DNA of 64,000 nucleotides from Balanoglossus misakiensis (taxonomy: Eukaryota; Animalia; Hemichordata): NCBI GenBank assembly GCA_040954595.2, contig CM082588.2, positions 5,272,156 to 5,336,155 of the forward strand, read 5' to 3'. Position 1 is the stretch's first letter. Each line of letters opens with the position of its first letter. Below the pieces are notes generated by a model. That model searched no databases and was not told the DNA's origin. It saw only the letters and a list, made by a program, of their open reading frames with translations. The position numbers were made by a program, and so were the translations under genes. Shown in pieces: positions 1-15,300 of the stretch.

Positions 1-528
1 AAACCTTGACTATTATCTATGAAAATTTCATCGCTTGCAAATTGCATTAGTTATACATCGGTGTTTTGAAGCAGGAAATTGTTCTATAGATATTTTATTG
101 TGAAACTTTCTGGAGGTTTGTCGATCAATTCTGATTGGGGATAACAATTCTGATGTCGGTGTGATCTTTGAACACCAGGCCATCTTCTAGGATCGGGCCA
201 CCAGAGTCAAAAAGTGGAACAGCCCAAGGGATGCAGTGACCTATATAAAGACATCCCGCACTTATGGTACATGTCTGTTTGTTTTTAAAAGGTTCCCGCA
301 GTTGGACGTACATGCACCTAAAAGCTGTACAGTTCGCCTTGGGACAGCTAACTCGCGATTAATATTTTATCTTGCATGACGCTCGGTTGATTTGATAAAC
401 ATATACAACACGCGGTTTCTTCTAACGATATCCCTCCGAGGCATTCATTTTGCCTGCGTCAAATCAGAACCGACAGGTGAAATACACGGTCAAGTGATTC
501 TTGTGGACCGTATCTGATTGGTTGCCAC

Positions 529-594
529 TAATGTAATGTAATGTAATGTAATGTAATGTAATGTAATGTAATGTAATGTAATGTAATGTAATGT
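529..594. repeat. (TAATG)n pentanucleotide microsatellite, ~13 units, decaying into degenerate pentamers to ~647
   Basis: Perfect TAATG/AATGT run visible at 529-594. Confidence 0.95.
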
Positions 595-3500
595 TATACA
601 GTACAGTGTAATACAATGCAATTCAATTCAATGCTATGCTATGCAAGGTAAATTATTTAATTGTAAACAATGTTTATACAGAATTTATTCTGCCTTGTTT
701 TTTTCCCTTGTATTGAGCTATAAATTGTATAGAATCTAAATACAGGCAACATGAATCATACATGTCTCGTATGTCCCCAACATGACCAGATTTTAATCCT
801 ACGACACACCGTATGAACTGGCAGAGAAAATGTACTATTAAGACTAAGATACTCCTTGGAATTGATGTTTGATTGATTGATTGATGTACTAGTATAACTA
901 AAGCTAACTATGAAATGTATAGGAAACCTATACGAAAAGTGACCTCATTTATGCCTTTGCCTTCAGCTGTTACACAGTGGAGTGACTATGTTAAGTAGAA
1001 TATGCCAGTTTACTGGGTTTTATAGTTTTTAGAACACGTGCCTGTTTCGAAATGCTCACAGGTCAGACACGCCTGTCACATAAATGCATTAAAGACTCCC
1101 AATGCGGATTTTGCTGCGTTTTAAAAGCTTGGTACGTCTGTGCATGGTTTTGAGGTCACTAAAATGGACGCTCATTAACTTTTCCCAAAATGTTCGATTT
1201 TAACACAGAGTACATGGAGTCAGTGTCTACGTGACGTTAAACTGTTACTAACTGTAAAAAGCAAGCGTAGCTATTTTTAAAGAGTCTGTATGTATATTTT
1301 CAGGTCGCTAAAAATGATTCTCATTAACTTTTCCCCAAAATAGCAATTTACAAGTTGAACCCAGGGTGAAATGTATGTACGGTACGTAAATAACGTCATC
1401 ATTTTGCGTTCGGACGTGTAATTTTAGGTGTGCAATCACAAACCATTACCCCCGCATTATATGATAAATGTCACATCAAATGGTTGATAGCGCCAGCTGA
1501 TAGAGTCAAAGCGCAGAACATCGGCCATTAAGAAATGACGAATTGCCAACCCTGCCCCGCAAAGACGTAGAGATGTAAATATCAGTTTGGCGTTATATCA
1601 CACGCTTGTTGTCTGATAAAGTTATGATGGATGAGGGAATATCCACCGGTTGTGGACAGGGTTATTCTCAAGAGCATCCCAAGCGCGACACGTAAAGAAG
1701 TTATTAAACCGAGGAAATTTTTAAACTCTCGTTTTCGAGTAAAGTGACTACACTGAAAGAGACGTTAATTACTGAGATTGTCGAAAATGTATGGTTTTTA
1801 AGGGATTCCACGTGGTCTTTGATTAGAATTTGGGATTTGAACAAAAGGTGCAGGTAATATGCTTGGAGCCACATTAAACGTCCATATAACACAACCTCGT
1901 GCGACGCTACATGGTAGACATTATTGATCGCACGTTGCTCAATTCACTGCCATGTGGTTATTTCTGTTTAATAGTTGAATATCTGTAATGAAATCGTTTA
2001 TCAGCCTACATGTTCAAACACATCTCGTGCTATCAGAGGCATTAAAGTTGTCAAACAGTGTCAAGTGGGCTTGTGTTACAGACCTTGGGGTAAGCAAATA
2101 GAAATCAGTCTGCTTTCTGTTTCCATTATATTCTGAATAGCACACTAAAGTCTGGTCGTGAATTCTATTCTCTCGGGTACTAGACTTATACATGGTGCTG
2201 CTTGACTTTGCTCAACAATGTCGATTTCACAGATTTGGTCAAAAATCCTGATGGCACTACTAGTTTTTGTTGTTTTATTTCAAAGCCAATAAGCCTGCAG
2301 TAACCAGCAATATTCCATCGCAAACAACCAGGCATTCAATGATAGAATGTTCATGTTCATTCGATACATTGAGGCAATACTTGAAATTTACAGAAATCCC
2401 TCACCGCCCCTTGTTCCCCTCCTCCCCCAGCATCCGGGGAACAAAATATTGAAAAATATTTTTTATCCCTGGCCTCCAAAACGGCACCAGCTATTTGGAG
2501 GTAAATGACATTAGAGATCTCGCTCTGGGCAACAGAGTGGATTTCCAATTCGCGTTGATGGATTAAGTGGTCCGTCTGGAAATTGCATTGTTCGTGTCTC
2601 GCTTTGAGAGTTTCCGTTCTTTTAGAGACATATTTTCTACGAACGCAGCTAGAATGTTTTGGGCAAGGTTGTTCATTTTTTATGTAATTTAGTTCGTCAC
2701 GACCCAGCTGGGTTGCCCTCAATAACAGGCGCATTAAAAATTAACAATAAATAAATATGGATAAAATTTAACAACCTAATTACACTATTACACACAAAAG
2801 AAATAAAAATAGAAACAGGGATACATCAAAATGTAATTATTAAAATTGTCAAAGAGATAAATGTTCTGCATGTCCGATCACGTAATACGCTGTCATATTT
2901 GAATATTTCCATGGTCAATAGACTCACAATCTAAAATACCAGGCATAGAAAAAATCATTGAAAGAAACAAAATATTTTCATGAAGGGGGAAGTGGCCACA
3001 GGTGGTTAACATGGGATCATATTCCAATGAATGCAAAAGCAACGACGGTCAGTGCCCTTTTGATTGTCTGGGTCGTAAATATATATTTTTAAATGGAAAA
3101 CGTGTAAATAACATGATTGACGTCATTGTGTAAAGTTTGCGACAAACTATCACTATCCGTGCATAATGCTAGTTGTCATCACTGTTTCGCTTTCACCTTT
3201 GACAGATATGCACGCTCGACTGGGCTTGCGCAGAAAGCTTGTGGAATCACATAGTGAACATACCACGTTTATCTTGCGTGGTCCAACATTGTACATTATT
3301 GGTTCATTGCGAGATCTCGCGAGACTTAAATTACCGTAGCAACGGGTTGCTAGCCAACTAGTCAAGTCAAGCTTTGTCCCTGCACGTCCTTGTTGAAACA
3401 CCCAGAGTTTGTGATAAAAAAGAGCAAGGTTTGGATGTATACAAACATGACGAATGGGCCTTTGTTAGTTTAGCCGACAACTTGAGGAAGTGGGCAATTT

Positions 3501-6500
3501 CAAAGATCAATTTCCGCCATCACAAGCGAGGCACTTGAGCTGAGGCCAAACGTGCATGCAGATTGCAAACAGAAGCCTTTGATGTATATCGGCATATTTG
3601 GTGAAGTACAAAACGTAACTGCTTTGCATGTACCTCGACATAGTCAAGTGCTATTGACTATACGTGTTTTTTATTCGCGAAAAACTGAGTAGGAAAATCT
3701 AACTCTATCAGATTGGGGAACATGTTTGAAATAATCAAATAGGCAGATATGCGTAATTTCATAGATTGTTTTTCATCAATATCGAAGTATACCTAATATG
3801 TCCAATCGCGTTAATGCTGGAAGTCTACAATTTCAATCAAACCTTTATCATGCAATGATAGCCTGATAGTCGCGTTTTAGTCTCCTCGTTCATGTTTGGT
3901 TCTAGATAAGTCTTCCACAAGAATATCCATGCATATCAGTGTTAATTATCAGAACGCGGAAATGACGTATGCCGGCCAGCCCAGCCAGTTTCAATTTCCA
4001 CTCACTTGTGTATTTAATTTCCTCAACTTTTGTGTTTTAATAATATAGGAGTTCTATCCGATTGCGACTGGAAAGAAAACATAATTGATTCAATTTATTA
4101 TTGCTGATCAGAGTGGATGCCGTCTGCATGAAGGAACGCTTGCTACGGTCATTACCATAATACGTAATACGTAACCGACTGATGAAATTCATATCGTTTG
4201 CAAATTTCATATATTTTGGAAGTTTTTGTGATTTTAAAACGTTTTTCCCGACTCTGATGGCAGTTGTGCGAATGTACATACGTCATGGCCCATCATGGAG
4301 AATATAGCTACACGTGTGAAGCGAGATAAACTTTTATCGCTCACTGTTTGTGATTTGTTCAGATGGAATGCATACTACTTGTACCCCGTTAACATGAAAT
4401 TGGATGAACCATTCGGACATATACAATCAATAAACACGAACGTGCAACAACCACGTATATATTATATTCCTTCAATGGTTTTCAGCTTTTCCATTAAAGT
4501 GGGTTTTTATTGACATTGCCGTGAGCATTGCAGCTGTTCTGCAGCGAAATTGCTGAAATAAAACCCACTTCTCTTCCTCCGTGTTCATTGAATAAAGCAA
4601 ATAATTCATATAGCTTCCAAAAGATGAAACAACAAAAAACAGCGCTGTCGCAGTTTTATGGGATATACAGCCTCGATGAGAATAAACGCAACCAAAGAAC
4701 GGGAAACAGTAAAACAACCACACGCATCCTAACAGGAGATTATTGCCCCGTGGGGGCACAGAAAAACCGACTATTAAACTATAAGTGTACCTCATCTAAA
4801 CTATAATTACAGTCAAACATATTCAAACGTTTATTTGCGTGGCTTATTTATGAAGTATGTAATTGCTCTGTTTCGATTTATCATCTTTGCAGGTTTCTCT
4901 CTCGTTTCTGTGGCCGGGGCAAACGTGACTGAACGTTCCTGGAGGATAATAAATTCTCAAGAAGATGGTCTCAGGATTGTGCTTATGCAAAATAAAATGG
5001 CGTCTTGTAGCGGAAGCTAGACGTAGACGTCAGTGCCAACCTAAGTATTCCTATCGAGCGTTGAAGACGACGGTTATAAGCCACAGGTAAGCCTGTAAAA
5101 CAACAATCTTCAATCAGGTTCTTGGCAGAATCAACTGTAAGTAAAGCACCTTTCTTTTTCAATCATGCTACACTGTGCGACGCGCTCTGAAGACTAACGT
5201 GCGCTATTTTGGTATAAAGTGTGATCTCCATGGTTACCGACAATATGACGCAGAAAGTCCATCACGGACACTCCAGTGGCACTTAGACCGTAGAAAAGAG
5301 CCCACAATAAAATATGATAAGCGTTATTACAGTGCCTGCCGTAAATCGCCCCGTTGCTCTTAAGCCAATTCGCACTCAGAACGTTAGATATGCAACTTTC
5401 TGGATCTCACCCGATAATCTCCTAGGCAACTATTGCAAAAACACAATTATCACACGACGTTCTCGTTTATTACTTTTTTGCGCTTATCGATGTTTTCGAT
5501 TTTAATGGCGCGCCCTCCATATCAAAGAACGCGAAACGGCTGGATATGGAACACTGGAATGATAATAAAATATAACTATGTAATAAAATGGTATCGCATT
5601 TAGCTCATTTGCATAGATTTATGCATTTTGAGCACCTCGTCCCAGATAGAGAAACATGCGTTCTTGAGTAGCCTCGTCTCAGATGAAATAATGTTTCTGT
5701 TTCATCTCTTACGCAGTTGTCAAAATTTTGCCACACAAACAGAATACACCTACTTGACGATTCATTGACGTCTGTCTGTTGGAAACAAAACTATCGTGAC
5801 TAGATTCCCAGTAGATTATCTTTCATATAATAGGCCCACGACGGCATATAATGACGCCGTTGGGCTCTTATTAGATTTCTAAGGCAAAAACAAAGGTCAA
5901 ACCCATGAAAATCTGATTTCCGAATAACGATACCGCCGTAATGAAGTTTCTGTTAATTAGATTTCTCTCTATTTTATTTATTTACGATAATTTTATAAGT
6001 TTAATGGAGACCAATGGAGTTTTGATTGGGCATTAAAACGACCCTCACTGTAAAAGTGTTGTGCATACCCTCTGGTTATTAAAAACATTCCCAGACGTTT
6101 GTGATTTTCAACGCGTGTTGGTGTAGCGATGGTTTCCACGGAAACAAGATGCTGAGTTCCGCACTGGGGTTAAGTCACCGTAGGTTCTTTTTATCTCACC
6201 CATATATGAGGACCGAATAATCAAATCACTATGAGCTGAATGTCTTATGATTGTGCATTTAATTACTTTATGCTCGTTTCGGTTGCTTCTTTTGATTTCT
6301 TTGAACGACCGACAAAAAATAGAAATCCCCGGATACATATACGTATTAGTATTTGTATAACTTAATATTCCCTAAACGCAAATTTTATTTGCCTTGATTG
6401 AAGTAATACTGAGCACGTCCCTGTCGTTATACGAGTCTCGCTCTTTTGAATACTGAAAATGGCGTCTTGTCGCTCGCGGGGAAACCTCGCCACGTGACAC

Positions 6501-9439
6501 CACTTTTTGCGGTATTAACCACTTTTTGGCGAATCGGCGATCGGATCACGTCGCACCCTTCGACGCCATCTTATTTCGCCCACAAATTACTAAACAATTT
6601 GACGTTGGGTAGCTGTATCTTCTGTGTTTACATTTTGCTTACCAATATACTAATATGCAAATCCTCAGAGATATCGTTTGAATTCCAGTCATTACGCCAT
6701 GTTGGTTTTTGAAAATGCTATAGGTGAAGCAATAGTGTGGTTTTAAAAATGACGCAAGAATCGATCAAAACCAGTCGCTGTGACTGAACTTCCGCATAAT
6801 GACCCGAGGAGCGCCCATTACAGTTACGTCACGATAATTCGCAGTGAAGAACATCCTATTCGGCAGTCAGAGTCAATTTGTAATCCTCCGTACATCGTTT
6901 AGCCAGACAGCGTGTTGTAACTGGCATGTCAAAACTAATTTTCACCGGTGTACCCTCGGGGTAAAGATGTAAAACGTGTTATCTCTCCGCCGGAAAAGAT
7001 GTTCATCGCGCTTTCGAAAAAAAGTATTAGGGGAGAACCATTTGATTTATGGGGGTGGAGGTATGTCAGCATTGAAAAATCCTCACCCCACCTTCCCAGA
7101 AATAAAATGGTTCATCCCTTGGCTGTTCCCATTATAACAGCCAGCGTAACCAAGAGTAGAGTCTCTCTCTCATTGCTTGGTCAATAGTGGCGGCGCGACG
7201 GTAGCAAAATCCACATCACTACAGAATTACAAAAATTCCCACTTGGCTTTAAGGTTAAGCAACTTCCAATATAATGACTCTCCTCCAAGAGTCTGGCGCT
7301 GAAATTTAATAAAACCCCGATTTCATAGGATTAACTTTGGTAAATAGGGCACAATCAGTTGTTTAACACGTCCCCGAGGAGTCCGACGGCATCGGCTACG
7401 GGATTAGTTGGGTCGTAGCAAATAGTTGAAAACGGAATTAGTTGAGAGACGGGGACTCTGGGGAATGATATGCCCTAATCGGGTGTCTTAATTGGATTTC
7501 TGCCGTCACATCTGCGTTGATTTCCCCAACATTGCAATACCCATGCCATGCATTTCTCAGTCAACCCCGCGTCTCCCAGGCTTTGCCTCGGCAAATTAAT
7601 CCTGAAATTCGCCGCCGTGGCGCTATACGACCTGTGTGTCACGCCAGCTTGCCCTATCAGTGTAGACAAATCGCTCTGAATATACAACTGCAAAGTATTC
7701 GGAGATTCAAATATAATTGAGCACTTTTTGAACGTCTCGCGTTTAAAAAGGCTTGGAGATCCACCCTATTTATTTTGTAAAACCTGGATGCTATACAAAT
7801 TACAGTGAGATGAAATAAAAGAAGATAGGAGACCTTGATTAACTGTAATAGATACAATATGTAATCGCATCACCAAATTGATTGCGTCTTAAATTGCAGC
7901 GTTAATTTATAGAGGCGATGATAGGATCTTATGGAACAAAAATAAAATGTTAATGGCATGTTGTGGGCACATTGATTATCCTGATGACAACCTGTGTAAT
8001 TATATGATCATGCATCTGGCATTATTAAGCTATAGTGTTCCATCATGAAGTGTCTACACCGGTAGAGGACGTTATCGCTGTAAACACTTGGTGGCGCTAT
8101 TGGGTTTTCTCTGAATGTGACTATGGAAGGGGTCAGGAACTCTTGATCCAAACACAACATTATTGGATATCTCGATTGCTGTATTCCAACCGCATCAATT
8201 GTGTAATGTGTGATGAAAAGACAGTCTCAAGCCGTATAGGGAAGAACCATGCTCTGACTCTCAATTTCGTATTCAAATCAGAAAAAGTAACACAGTTCGT
8301 GGTCGTTTTTTCCTTTGGGTGTCTTTGGTAGAACTCTGGTATATGTTCAGCCGTTTTTTAGACACATACAAGACAATGTTCCTTCCCCCAGAGGGCGCTC
8401 TATTTTCTCCAGTAATACATCGTGGAATCATTCAAGTAGTTTACATTTGCATGTTCATTGAATGAAAATGTCTGGTTCCAATCGTAAACTTACAAACGTC
8501 AAACAATGTTTTAAAGTGTGTGGGACGCCCCCCCCCCCCCCTCGTCATTAATATTTTGGCGCTATCCGACTTGAGACTCCATCAACTAATATCAGCTACC
8601 CAGATTATTCAATTCACCGCAGGAATTTATGACGTCACAGAATTGGATCCCAAGTTAAGATTGATTCAGTTCCGATGCTGTGATTACGTACCTACCTTAA
8701 TCTCCTCGGCTTATCCTTTCTCAATCTAGGAGATTAAGGCGCGGTGCGTTGAACGGCAAGCGGGGGTCAGTGCACCTGTGGGACGACTATGGAATACATT
8801 TGTGGAATACAGTCGCGGCATGCATGCAAAGCCTACAAGTGGAATATGGTATTCATTGAAAATGTAGCGACACTTTTCCAAATCGGTCGTTAACCTGTTA
8901 ACGAGAAAATTAACGGATTAGATTAAAAGTTTCACCGTGTGGTTTTAGACAGTTCATTTTTTATTAAATAATAACTATATTTCTATATGCGAAATTTAAG
9001 TCAGGCGCTCGTATAACCAAGATCTCCATTTCTCTTACGGTTACACGCGGTTTGGAAAACTGCACACGTATCGGTTCCGTGGAAGTAGATCAGTTTAATA
9101 CACTACAGCCACTAACTACAAAAAAACTGTGCAAATATATGCCAGGTTTGTCCAACATAGCAGCCTGCGCAAGTGTTTTGGATAAAATCTCTCATTTTTT
9201 TTCAATCACCCGCAGCGCTGTCACCAGGGCAAACGAATGCCACATGTAACCAGGATGATATGATATGGAAATAGAACTTGATCCTAACCCTGATCCTGAT
9301 CGTGTTTCAAAGTTGCATTCTCGAGATGTAGATTAACAAACCATCACAGAGAGGTATGGCGCATTGGTAATTTTTTAGAATAACAAACTAAATTCCTGAG
9401 GGACGTATATGTGACAGACCCATCTCGAAACGGTATTAA

Positions 9440-9613
9440 AGCTCCAATATCTACCATTTTTGCATTATTTTCATGATTTTACTTTCACGCTTAGAATGGT
9501 CCATTTAATTGAGCTAACTGATGGGTATACACAAACATATTGTCAACCTCCAATTGAAGATTGAAGTATTTCATAAGATAAAAAATATGCTAAAAGAGGC
9601 AGATATTGGGGCT
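9440..9613. mobile_element. Short non-autonomous DNA transposon (MITE) with TTAA target-site duplication, Kolobok-like termini
   Basis: TTAA(9436-9439) AGCTCCAATATCTACC ... GGCAGATATTGGGGCT TTAA(9614-9617): imperfect ~16-bp terminal inverted repeats with AG...CT ends, TTAA on both sides, no coding capacity. Confidence 0.7.
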
Positions 9614-11235
9614 TTAATCCGCCCCTGTCATGCCAGCGTCTGATGTTGTCCTTCATCGGACAACCTCAACGTAATGATCGATGGCAGCGAGGGCGTCTTT
9701 CCATCCAATATAGTAATCGAGTTTCATCTTCGGATACATGTAGTGGATCATCTCTGATGTTATCTCTCAAGACAAAGATAGCAGAGACAGAGTAGAGTGC
9801 GGAGATTGACCTTTTTCTCTGAAAGCCCAGAACGAAAGAGGTCTTTTTTATCGCCTGATCTTATTTCGTACCCTGGTGTACAATTTGTTATGACTATCTC
9901 GATAACAAAACCAACAATCGTAAGTCAGTGCCTCTCCTAAGGCGGAACGTTAGACATCGCGACAGCTGAAGTAGTATTCCTGGAGATTTGAAGTCTATGA
10001 TCACATTGCGCGTTGAACTGCGCAATGTAGTCATATCCCCTGGCAGATATGTATGTTTGTGATTGTCTTGCGAGTAAAACTCAGTCAATATGTTCAACAC
10101 TTGCGAAAATATGATACGAACCTGGCCGCCGAGGGGTGGTTTATGTAATCACACGTCTGCGGATTGATTTCAAAGACCACGCGGTGTCTTGCGATGACAG
10201 AGTTGTGAGCTGTTCCTTCGGTTGACATGCGTGCACCTATGACCTTGGGTTAGGGTGAACTCGGGTCGTGTATTGAGGGTTTGATATAAACAGACATGCT
10301 TTCCTATTGTGAAAATAACCTTATAAAGTCGTGGTATGAGAGAAAATATATTTGTCAGGGAGAGATGCAGTTATCCTCTATATATTTTTAGGAGCACATC
10401 CCGTAAAAGAGGAAAGTACACGCGTTGTCTCAGTTGGAGAGAATTTACTTTCATGTTGACAGTGACTAATGTTAGTTTTTGAGCGAAATAAGTGCCCCCC
10501 CCCCAACATGGTCATTCGAAAGTGTAGTCAAAAACACTTTTGACCATATATAGGCATATGTAAATTGGGGTGACCATATAACTTAAATACTTCACACTCC
10601 CAGGATCAGCATCACATCATGAACACAGACTGACTGTCATCCCTGTAATCCAATCAGAAACGTAGACCTGTCCTTTTTTCAGGAACTATACTTATCTCCG
10701 TATCCATCGCAGTCTCACAGATTGATTAAACGCACGGAAACCCCTAGAACGGGAAACCCTCTTTGCTGATGTGCGCGATGCTTAGAGATTCCAATCTGAG
10801 GAGAAAGAATCTCCATTCATCAGCGATGACAGATCCGTGTTTGCGGCACACACGTTTTGCCTTCACGCCGACAAAATCACTCACTCAGACACACTACCCA
10901 CAAAAGACGACGAAATTGCTGCATAAGATTAATGTCCACTTCTAAGGTTTATCATCAGACATTACATGGTCGATGAGGCGAGTTTCCGCCGTGCATTATC
11001 TCTGTGGAGATGATGATTGATTTGAGGCAATGGCAATTAAATGGGCTATCTGAGAAATCTGGAAATTGCATTCGCCAAAAAAACATCACATCAAGTAGAG
11101 TGAGATATTTTTCAATTAAACCGCGGCTGTAAATTCTCATTTATGTGGTGTGTATGTTTTTCTGATAGTGTGCGAATTTACGCATATTTTATATTTTGTG
11201 TCGCCATCATTGATGGCAGAAATATCGATGTTGGC

Positions 11236-11353
<118 letters not shown>

Positions 11354-12170
11354 CATGGTGATATAGTATACGACATTGATAAAAGCCACTAGGGATTTCG
11401 AAAACAAACCGCACTTCCGTCCACGTGTTTCTCGAAGGCACCTTCCAAGTCTATAACGAGATGCACGTGTATTTGTGTTGCACGAGCCGGTTATTTTCTC
11501 AAGATGCCAAAGTTTTTTTAATAAACCTTGCCAACTTTGTCGGCGGCAACGCCGGGTATACCTATTCGTTTAACAAGCTTCATGTGCCGGGTTACGTTAT
11601 ACATATACATATGGAAAAACAGTATAATAGAATCCAGGTGGTCTTTCAGATGACACTCGCTGTGACCAGACCAATCTGAATAGTTAGACTTGCCAAATCT
11701 TTGCTGTTTCTATTTTGACTGAAAACAGCACACTACAGGTAGTGTGTCCTGTGCAGACGGTACAGGTCAAAGTGTGAACACCAGTGTTTGTTTCTCTCTC
11801 TAAGTGACACTATCAAAATGTGAGTTTACATGTTGGCGAATTAGTGACTTCATCCAACTTTCAAATCATGCCTGTAGAAGTTTCAACAGCACGATTGAAA
11901 AGCGGAACGGCGAATGGCGATTATATCAACTCGCCGCGAAATGAAGCGGGCGAATTAGCAAACGACTGCATTAAATTGGCCTAATTTGTCGCTAATCGTG
12001 GATTATTACCCCATCGAACCTGTGATTACATCAACGACTCGATTTCCAAATTGTCGAATACATTGATCTAAATTCAGCCTGGGTAGACGACGTGACGCTG
12101 TCTAGACGCTGTTTGTTTTCTCCACCGAAGAATAAGTGTTCATGGTTGTTGTCATGTCATGTTGTCATAC

Positions 12171-12230
12171 CAACCAACCAACCAACAGACAGGCAGGCAG
12201 GCAGACAGACAGACAGACAGACAGACAGAC
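12171..12230. repeat. Compound tetranucleotide microsatellite (CAAC)n(AGGC)n(AGAC)n
   Basis: Visible tetramer runs. Confidence 0.85.
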
Positions 12231-15200
12231 GTCGAAAGTACTGTAGGGATGCTTTATACGCTGTTTCCTTATTCATTGGGTATTCAAAGCCAAATTCAAT
12301 AAATCCTACCGCCCCATAAAACATATTGCAAATGGATTTGAATAGAAAAACACGAATACATGCGGCTGTAAAATGTTCTCGTTTGGTTATTCATTCAATT
12401 GTCAAAGGAGGTATTATCCCAGGAGTTCCATCTTGGAAATTATGGAATGAGTAATGCGATTAGTTGCAAAATAATCTCATAAAAGCGTACTTATGTATCA
12501 TTTTAGGTATAGATTTTCTCTGTTGAGCTGTAAATTGCATATCTGGGTCAGTTTGTAACGTGTACATGTTATTTCCATCACTTTTCTTCTGATAACAGCG
12601 TTTTGTACAATGGAGGATGATTGATTAAAGTGGGTGCGTTTAAATGAAACACCGTGTAATTGCAACCCTGAATGAACGCCAGGCTTTCGATCACGCCGCC
12701 TCAACATGTACATGTACATCTAGCACGGCTTTATAGAATATTGACGAGAAAGCGTTGTCTGTATGCGTTGTCTGTATGCCTTATGTATACCGTCAGCAAA
12801 ACCATTTCTGATTCTTAAGACACGGTTCCATGATTGGCGATCAAACCATTAAAGATCATTTTTGTCATTAGATTGTTTAAATTGCGCTGCTTCCATTTCT
12901 AAGGCATTTAATGGTATATCTGCATGTTTTCCATTATTGCAATTGCAACATCAAAGCTTTTATATATCCCAGGCAAATTTAATCCTATAAGTCGCATATG
13001 GAAAACTAATGTTCGGTTTTAAGACAAAATGATTAGTTTCCCTTGAAAAAACATTACCTTATTTTATTTTAGAGCACGTATGTATTTTTTTTCCTCTCCT
13101 TATTTTAACAGATCCTAACATTAACACGTGGTTCCCTGATTTGCATCAAAAGTGAACTTTCACTGCTGTGGTGTCAGGCATAATTCTGTTATGAATATAT
13201 AAACGCTTGACAATAAAATCTTATATCCTGACTATGAAAATCATAAAACCGTGGTTTTTGACACGCAGAGTCATATTGGAGACTCGGTGACCTAATTTTA
13301 TCAACTTTAAACGCACCACGATTAATTAAACGTTCAATTTTACAGTAATGACGTAACAGTTGAAACTGCCAGTCTGGTAAATCTACTTTGTATGTTTCAC
13401 GGTATTTTCGAACACTAACAAACCGAGTCCAATTTACTTAGAAGAGCAGCAGAACTAAGTGGCATCTATGGGCAATGAGTCCGCATGGGGATTAAAAATC
13501 CAAACGTTACTGCCATGTCGAATTTCAAATCGCCAGTCTTTTTTCAGGGGGAATTTACACAGCCAAGAAGTAAAGTCAAATATTGATCGATGGATTTGTA
13601 GCAAGGTACACGCACGATGGAAAGAAATGTACATACCGGTAGCTCTGCCGGTAATCTTGCTAATGATCGGGGCATGATTTACCGCGTCCAATCGATTTTC
13701 ATCGTCCATTTTCTCCCACAATGACATGCCATACATATCCAGAAACTCCGATGACAGTAAAGTCATTCTTAACAAGGTAGTCTTTTTAATTATAAAGAGC
13801 GAATCTATATTCATGTTTTTGCTGTCGTTCTTGTGAAATTGACGGATGCCGGTCGAAATGTAATTTTCTAAGAATCGACTTTAACGTCAGAGTCAGTTTA
13901 GGTCTGATGTGAAATCAATCTTCGGTAAAACACGATGCAACCACTCGATGTTGCCTTATCATCTCTGTAAGACGTCGTTCATTTGTTGCAAATGAAATAT
14001 CCGAATCTCGCTGTGAGAGTGTAGTTCCGCGCATAGATGACGATTTACGAGGAACGATTTCAGTGTGAAACCTGCGAACTTAGCGAGTAAAATATCATTT
14101 AGGTTAAAGTACTGGAGACATTACAAGCCACAAACACTGATTTACAATATGGAATCAAATCACGATGCTTTAGAATGCTCCGCGACATCCCAAAGGACGT
14201 GAAGTACTACATCACGCAGGATGCACGCAACACAATGTCGGACTATTAATCTTTCTCACATCTCATGAAAACGTATATCATAACGTTTAACCGCAAAAGT
14301 CGCCATGTTATAAAATTCCCCTATACATTATAAAAACACACTACATGTAAGTTAACACCAAACTGAACCACAACACACATTCCGAGTCGCACTTCACCCC
14401 ATAACATTACCCCTCCAGACGTGCCAGCAATCAAGCAATACCCTTTTTATAGTGCGGTATATCTTTGCAAGTAATTTCTCTATTAGCTCTCCGATGCAAG
14501 GTCATTTCAATCACAGACGTATGCATTATATAGCGCCAGTAAAATTAACCGAATGTCATTTGTCCTCGTAGTAATTCATTCCATGCGTGCGCCTTTATCC
14601 TTTCCTGTCGATGTTAACAATTTGACACTTGATTTCTATTTCAAAAATATAACTACCACAGATGATTCAAACTTCTAAGGCGACATTTCGCCCTTTGCTT
14701 GTTTTACGACGTTGCTTATGTTATTTACGACAGCTCTTGGTTTGACCATAAACTCAACATAACCCATCTTTCAGAACTCACAGTGCCTGTATATGATTCA
14801 GTGTGAGTCGTTAAGAGAATACGGGGAGTAGTTATCTGTGATGATGAACGTGAAATGTGAAGACAAAACGTTTACTTAATAGCGTACGTAAAAGATCCGA
14901 ACATAACGTCTACGAATATATTCTGAAATCAGCAGCCATTATACGCAATGCTGTAAAATGATATAAGGCTTAGTTACATACTGATCAGATATATGCCGCG
15001 TGTGTGGCATGGGGTTTAAGCGTCTCGCGTCAACGTTTATTATGCTTCGTATCAGCAGAAAGGCAATGGCCTTTAATTTAAAATCGTGGATTTGAAATGC
15101 AATGGCTCTTTAATTTATGTGAACGAGACAACACTTGGATACGGATCCGTGGATTCAGAACGTGTGTGTAGTTCACTGTCGGATTGTTTCGTGACGATTG

Positions 15201-15300
15201 GTGACGACGCACGCTGAGCTGACGGCCGGCCGGCCGACCCAGCAGTGCATCGTATGGCAGCAGAGAGACAGGGGAAGAAACCGAGGGAAAGTCGACTTAC

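Noticed and set aside
2357-2734. 125-aa minus-strand ORF
   Set aside because: No recognisable domain or convincing splice signals.
13455-13870. 119-aa minus-strand ORF as a possible downstream exon of the TNFR-like gene
   Set aside because: A phase-compatible AG exists but the polypyrimidine tract is weak, and there is no transmembrane segment, TRAF motif or recognisable domain.
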